64,000 nt of DNA from Alphaproteobacteria bacterium (GTDB taxonomy: Bacteria > Pseudomonadota > Alphaproteobacteria > SHVV01): assembly GCA_965261735.1 (NCBI GenBank), contig OZ253470.1:512001-576000 (forward strand). Direction: 5' to 3'. The notes beneath the pieces were generated by a model. That model was given only the letters and a program-made list of their open reading frames with translations. It had not been told where the DNA came from and did not search any database. Position numbers and translations under genes: made by a program. This document shows, one piece after another, positions 59,133-64,000 of this stretch. Each line of letters begins with the position of its first letter. Within the stretch, counting starts at the first letter, position 1.

Positions 59133-62100
59133 ATGCTCGACGCCCACCCGGCGCCGGGTGCGTCCGCGCGCCCGCAGCTTCCCCCCGTATCAGTCCCGGC
59201 CTCCGGCGGCGCGCCCGCCGACGTGGACGGCCCCGCGGCGCTCCTCGACGCCGCCCGGACCCTGCTCCCCGTGCTCGAAGCCGGCCGGCCGCTCGACGCC
59301 CCGACGCTTCGCGACGCCATGACCCGCGCCTTCGGCGCGAGCGACGCCAACGGCGCCTGGGTCTGGAAGGACGCCTACGAAGCCGCCGAGGCCGCCGTGG
59401 TGCTGTTCATGCAGCGCTACGGGCGCGCCATGCGCCAGCGGACCGGCGCCGGGGCCGACGGCCCCCGGAAAATGCTGGCGATGCTGGCGGCGATCGCCGC
59501 CCTGGAGCCCTCGCACACCAAGCGTTCCGAGGACCAGGTCCGGCTCCAGCAGTTCTCGACCCCGCTGCCGCTCGCCTATGCCGCGCTCCGCGCCGCCGCC
59601 GTCCGTCCCGGCGACACCGTGCTGGAGCCGTCGGCCGGGACCGGCATGCTCGCCGTGATGGCGGCGTGCGCGCTTGCGAGCCGCGCTGCCGGACACCTGC
59701 ATCTGAACGAGATCGCAAGCATCCGTGCCGGGCTGCTCGCGGGCTTGTTTCCCGGCACCGCCGTCACCCGCCACAACGCCGAGGCCCTCGCCGACTTCCT
59801 GCCCGCCGTCCGGCCGACGGTCGTGCTCATGAACCCGCCGTTCTCGGCGACGCCGGGGATCGACCGCATCCGCCACGACGCCGATCTGCGCCATATCCGC
59901 TCGGCCTTCTCGATGCTGCCGCCCGGCGGCCGGCTCGCCGCCATCACCTCGGCCCACTGCGTCCCCGGCGATTCCGCCTGGCGCGACGCCTTCGCATCCA
60001 TGGGCGGCGCCGCGCGCACCGTCTTCACCATGGCCATCGACGGGCGCGCCTATGCCCGGCGCGGCACCGGCTTCGACACCCGGCTCACCGTCATCGAGCG
60101 CAGCGCCGAGCCCGCCATCGAAGTGGACGGCCAAGCCCGCGCCGCGACGCCGGCCGAGCTGCTCGATGCCGTCATTGCCAAGGTGCCGCCGCGCCGCGCC
60201 ATCGAGCCCGAGCCCGTCCGGACCGCACCAGCCGCCGTCGCCGGCCGCGACCTCTTCGGCAATGCGGTCGCGCCCGCCAAAACGACGCGGAAGCCGCCCG
60301 CCCAGCCGTCGCCGGCGCAGCCCCATAACTGGGGTCCGGTGGCCGAGCTTGCCGTCGAGACCGGCGGCCCGGACGCCGGCGATGCCGCCACCGCCGGCAC
60401 CGCCAATGCCGGCCCCTACGATCCGTGGCGGCCAGGGGTGGTGCGGATCGCGGGCGCCATCGAGCATCCAACCCCGCTCGTGCAGTCCGCCGCCATGGCC
60501 GCCGTGCCGCATCCCGTGCCGTCCTGGCGCCCTCTGCTGCCCGAACGCGTGGTGACGGACGGCCTTTTGTCCGACGCCCAGCTCGAGAGCGTCGTGCTCG
60601 CAGGCGAGGCCCATACGCGCCATCTCGCCGCCCGCTATCGCGTCGGCTCGGGATGGGAGACGGTTGCACGCTGCCCCGAGGACAGTGACGAAGAGATCGA
60701 CACCGCCCTGCTGACGGAAGAGGGGGAGACGCTCTCCGCCCCTGTCCGGTTCAGACGCGGCTGGATGCTGGGCGACGGGACCGGAGCGGGCAAGGGCCGC
60801 CAGGTCGCCGCCATGGTGCTCGACAACTGGATGCGCGGCCGCAAGCGGGCGCTGTGGCTCTCGCAGTCCGACAAGCTGCTGGAGGACGCACGCCGCGACT
60901 GGACCGCGCTGGGAGGCCGCGATGCCGACGTGTTCCCGCTCGGCAACTTCCGCCAGGGGGCCGAGATACCGCTTGCCGAGGGCATCCTCTTTGCGACCTA
61001 CGCGACGCTGCGCTCGCCGGCCCGCCAGGGGAAGGCGTCGCGCCTCGACCAGATCGTCGCCTGGCTCGCCGGCTCCCTCGACGAGGACGACCGCCATGCC
61101 TTCGCCGGCGTCATCGTCTTCGACGAGGCACACGCGATGGCGAACGCCGCCGGCTCGAAGGGCAACCGGGGCGAGGTGAAGCCGTCCCAGCAGGGCCGCG
61201 CTGGCCTGCGCTTGCAGAACGCGCTGCCGGACGCGCGCATTGCCTACGTCTCGGCGACCGGCGCCACCACCGTCCCCGGTCTCGCCTATGCCGGGAGGCT
61301 CGGCCTCTGGGCCGCCGGCGAGACGCCGTTCGAGACCCGCACCGACTTCATCTCCGCGATGGAGGCGGGCGGGGTCGCGGCAATGGAGGTGCTCGCGCGC
61401 GACCTGAAGGCCCTCGGGCTCTACCAGGCCCGCGTGCTCTCCTATGACGGGGTCGAGGTCGAGATCCTGGAGCACCCGCTGACGCCCGAGCAGCGGCGCA
61501 TCTACGACGCCTATGCCGGCGCCTTCAAGGTCATCCACCACAACATCAACGAGGCCCTGAAGGCCACCGGTATCGTGGAGGGCGATTCGACGCTCAACAA
61601 GAACGCCAAGTCCGCCGCGCTGTCAGCCTTCGAGGGGGCGAAGCAGCGCTTCTTCGGCCACCTTTTGACCGCCATGAAGTGCCCGAGCCTGATCCGCGCG
61701 ATCGAGGCCGATCTCGATACCGGCCGCTCCGCCGTCGTCCAGCTCGTCTCGACCGGCGAGGCGCTGATGGAACGGCGCATCGCCGAGATCCCGGCCTCGG
61801 AATGGGACGACCTCTCCGTCGACCTCACGCCGCGCGAGACCGTCATCGAGTTCCTGGCCCACGCCTTCCCGGTACAGCTCCAGGAGCCGTTCACCGACGA
61901 CGAGGGCAACGTCATGAGCCGGCCCGTGTTCGACGACGACGGCAACCCCGTCATCTGCCAGGAGGCCGCCGCCCGCCGCGACGCTCTCATCGAGAAGCTC
62001 GCGGCCTTGCCGCCCGTGCAGTCGGCGCTCGACCAGATCGTGCACCGTTTCGGGCACGAGGCGGTCGCCGAGGTCACCGGCCGCTCGCGCCGGGTGCTGA

Positions 62101-63644
62101 AGATCACCGACGCACGGGGCGAGCGCCTGGCGCTGCGGTCCCGGCCGGCGTCCGCCAACCTCGCCGAGACCGCCGCGTTCATGGACGCGACCAAGCGGAT
62201 ACTCGTATTCAGCATGGCGGGCGGGACCGGGCGCAGCTACCACGCCGATCTTTCCTGCGCCAACACCGAGCGCCGCATCCACTACCTGCTGGAGCCGGGC
62301 TGGCGGGCCGACCAGGCCATCCAGGGGCTCGGCCGCACGCACCGCACGCACCAGGCATCGGCGCCGCTGTTCCGCCCCGTCGCCACCGACGTGAAGGGCG
62401 AGCGGCGGTTCATCGCCACCATCGCGCGGAGGCTAGACAGCCTGGGCGCGATCACCCGCGGCCAGCGCGATTCGCAGACCGCCATGGGGAGCGGCGACCA
62501 GGCGCTGTTCCGCGAGAGCGACAATCTGGAGAGCATCTACGCCAAGGCGGCGCTGCGGCGCTTCTACATCGCGCTCTGGCGCGGCCACATCGAGGGCTGG
62601 TCGCTCGACCGTTTCGAGGACGCCACCGGCCTCAAGCTGGTCTACGAGGGCAACCTGAAGGAGGAGCTGCCGCCGATGCCGCGCTTCCTGAACCGCCTGC
62701 TCGCACTCCCCATCGCCGAGCAGAACCAGCTCTTCGCGGAACTGGAGGCCCGCATCGCCGAGAACATCGAGCAGGCCGTCGAGGCCGGCAGCTTCGAGGT
62801 CGGCGTCGAGACCGTGCGAGCGGATTCGCTCACCCTCGTCGGCCGGGAGACGCTCTATGAGCATCCCGGCACCGGGGCCGCGACCGATCTCGTGGAGATC
62901 CGCCGCCGCGACCGGCTGGTGCCGTTGACCGCCGAGGCCGCGCTCGATATCGGCGCACGGGAGCCCGGCGCCGACGACAAGCCGAGGCTCGCCGTCAACG
63001 CCCGCTCGAAGCGCGCAGCCGTCCTTCTGCCGGCGCCCTCGCGCATGTTCGACGATGGCGGGGTGCAGGAGCGGGTCCGGCTGGTCCGCCCCGCGAGCCG
63101 CGAGACGATGGCACGTCCCGAGCTCGACGCCTCCAACTGGCGTCCTGCCGACGAGGCGCAATGGCGCACGCTCTGGGAGCACGAAATCGCCGAGCTCCCC
63201 TCGCACCGCGAATCGCGCTTCTGGCTCGCCGCCGGCCTGCTGCTCCCCATCTGGGACCGGCTGCCGTTCGAGAACATGCGCGTGCGCCGGCTCGCCACCG
63301 ACGATGGCGAGGCGCTCATCGGGCGCGTGCTCGACGCCGAGCAGGTCCGTGCCGCGCGCGCGAGCTTCGGCCTCGACGGCGGCCCCGCCATGACCGGCGA
63401 GGAAGCCTTCGAGGCCGTCATGGCACGCGGGACCTCGCTCCCGCTCGCCAACGGCTGGCGGCTCGCGCGCCGGCGCATCATGGGCGCCGACCGGCTCGAA
63501 ATCGAGGGGCCGGCCGACACCGACGTGGCCATGCTCAAGCGCATCGGCTGCACGGTGGAGATCGTCTCGTACCGCGCCCGCGCCTTCGCGCCCGCCGCAC
63601 AGGTGCTCGACCGCGTCCTCGAACGCTGGCCGCTCGCCGCCTGA
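59133..63644 (+). CDS. Strawberry-notch family MTase-helicase fusion
   Basis: QQFSTP, LEPSAGTG, MNPPF; LGDGTGAGKGR, FDEAH, SATG; AGGTG.SYHAD, QGLGRTHR. Confidence 0.92.
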   Translation: MLDAHPAPGASARPQLPPVSVPASGGAPADVDGPAALLDAARTLLPVLEAGRPLDAPTLRDAMTRAFGASDANGAWVWKDAYEAAEAAVVLFMQRYGRAMRQRTGAGADGPRKMLAMLAAIAALEPSHTKRSEDQVRLQQFSTPLPLAYAALRAAAVRPGDTVLEPSAGTGMLAVMAACALASRAAGHLHLNEIASIRAGLLAGLFPGTAVTRHNAEALADFLPAVRPTVVLMNPPFSATPGIDRIRHDADLRHIRSAFSMLPPGGRLAAITSAHCVPGDSAWRDAFASMGGAARTVFTMAIDGRAYARRGTGFDTRLTVIERSAEPAIEVDGQARAATPAELLDAVIAKVPPRRAIEPEPVRTAPAAVAGRDLFGNAVAPAKTTRKPPAQPSPAQPHNWGPVAELAVETGGPDAGDAATAGTANAGPYDPWRPGVVRIAGAIEHPTPLVQSAAMAAVPHPVPSWRPLLPERVVTDGLLSDAQLESVVLAGEAHTRHLAARYRVGSGWETVARCPEDSDEEIDTALLTEEGETLSAPVRFRRGWMLGDGTGAGKGRQVAAMVLDNWMRGRKRALWLSQSDKLLEDARRDWTALGGRDADVFPLGNFRQGAEIPLAEGILFATYATLRSPARQGKASRLDQIVAWLAGSLDEDDRHAFAGVIVFDEAHAMANAAGSKGNRGEVKPSQQGRAGLRLQNALPDARIAYVSATGATTVPGLAYAGRLGLWAAGETPFETRTDFISAMEAGGVAAMEVLARDLKALGLYQARVLSYDGVEVEILEHPLTPEQRRIYDAYAGAFKVIHHNINEALKATGIVEGDSTLNKNAKSAALSAFEGAKQRFFGHLLTAMKCPSLIRAIEADLDTGRSAVVQLVSTGEALMERRIAEIPASEWDDLSVDLTPRETVIEFLAHAFPVQLQEPFTDDEGNVMSRPVFDDDGNPVICQEAAARRDALIEKLAALPPVQSALDQIVHRFGHEAVAEVTGRSRRVLKITDARGERLALRSRPASANLAETAAFMDATKRILVFSMAGGTGRSYHADLSCANTERRIHYLLEPGWRADQAIQGLGRTHRTHQASAPLFRPVATDVKGERRFIATIARRLDSLGAITRGQRDSQTAMGSGDQALFRESDNLESIYAKAALRRFYIALWRGHIEGWSLDRFEDATGLKLVYEGNLKEELPPMPRFLNRLLALPIAEQNQLFAELEARIAENIEQAVEAGSFEVGVETVRADSLTLVGRETLYEHPGTGAATDLVEIRRRDRLVPLTAEAALDIGAREPGADDKPRLAVNARSKRAAVLLPAPSRMFDDGGVQERVRLVRPASRETMARPELDASNWRPADEAQWRTLWEHEIAELPSHRESRFWLAAGLLLPIWDRLPFENMRVRRLATDDGEALIGRVLDAEQVRAARASFGLDGGPAMTGEEAFEAVMARGTSLPLANGWRLARRRIMGADRLEIEGPADTDVAMLKRIGCTVEIVSYRARAFAPAAQVLDRVLERWPLAA

Positions 63645-63767
63645 CCCACGCCCGCGCGATACGTATCGCCGGCCCGTCCACCACCGCCCCCGGCGCCGCC
63701 GTGCCGGGGGCACGTGCCGCCGGCCCGCCGGCCGCGGTTGCCGCACCATCCGAAGGAGTCCCCCGCC

Positions 63768-64000
63768 ATGACCGCCCAGACCCTGCCGGACGACCCCAAC
63801 TACTGCTTCGTGCCCGCCTACGATATCGAGGACGAGGTGCAGCAGATCCGCATCGTCGTCGACGGCATGACCGGCTATATCCCGACGGCGCTGGTTGCCT
63901 TGACGATCGTCGATGGGGAGAGGCTATGCGACCGGCTCAACGCGAAGCTCGGACTCTCGCGCGAGGACTGGACCGCGCTTGCGGCAAAGTCTATGCGCGC
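63768..64000 (+). CDS. Hypothetical protein, runs past the window end
   Basis: AAGGAG RBS; open frame to the end of the window. Confidence 0.55.
   Translation, partial: MTAQTLPDDPNYCFVPAYDIEDEVQQIRIVVDGMTGYIPTALVALTIVDGERLCDRLNAKLGLSREDWTALAAKSMR

Noticed and set aside
52272-63799. Long minus-strand ORFs (for example 873, 529, 783 and 438 aa)
   Set aside because: Antisense shadows of GC3-rich plus-strand genes; no motifs or RBS
1-64000. CRISPR array or integron attC array
   Set aside because: No regularly spaced repeat-spacer units, cas genes or integron integrase seen on reading the sequence

Overview
GC-rich alphaproteobacterial chromosome segment (Rhodospirillales-like, judged from gene content). 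Core genes (ROK kinase end, eipB, sigma-54-driven GGDEF gene, ridA, FemAB-like GNAT, DM13) stop at about 4.2 kb; the remainder is a heavily rearranged island. It holds gene fragments and a tRNA-Arg-like 3' att site followed by a decayed P4/PICI-like satellite (integrase, alpA split by IS630, primase pieces). It also holds a catabolic region with three paralogous two-domain VOC dioxygenase-like genes and many IS elements, several nested, with readable target duplications. A group II twintron follows, in which an RT-encoding intron sits at the end of domain V of an ORF-less intron; both EBS1/IBS1 pairings can be read from the sequence. Next is a lower-GC candidate defence cassette: Rad50/SMC-like ABC ATPase, wHTH-like middle gene split by IS1182, PD-(D/E)XK nuclease and a convergent SPPY methyltransferase. 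The window ends in an ICE/plasmid leading-region-like tract (MoxR AAA, DUF3150-like, vWA pseudo-peptidase, ParB, GHKL ATPase, strawberry-notch MTase-helicase). The best candidates for undescribed biology are the SMC-nuclease-methylase cassette and the domain-V-targeting twintron. All family calls come from motif recognition by eye; no searches were run.
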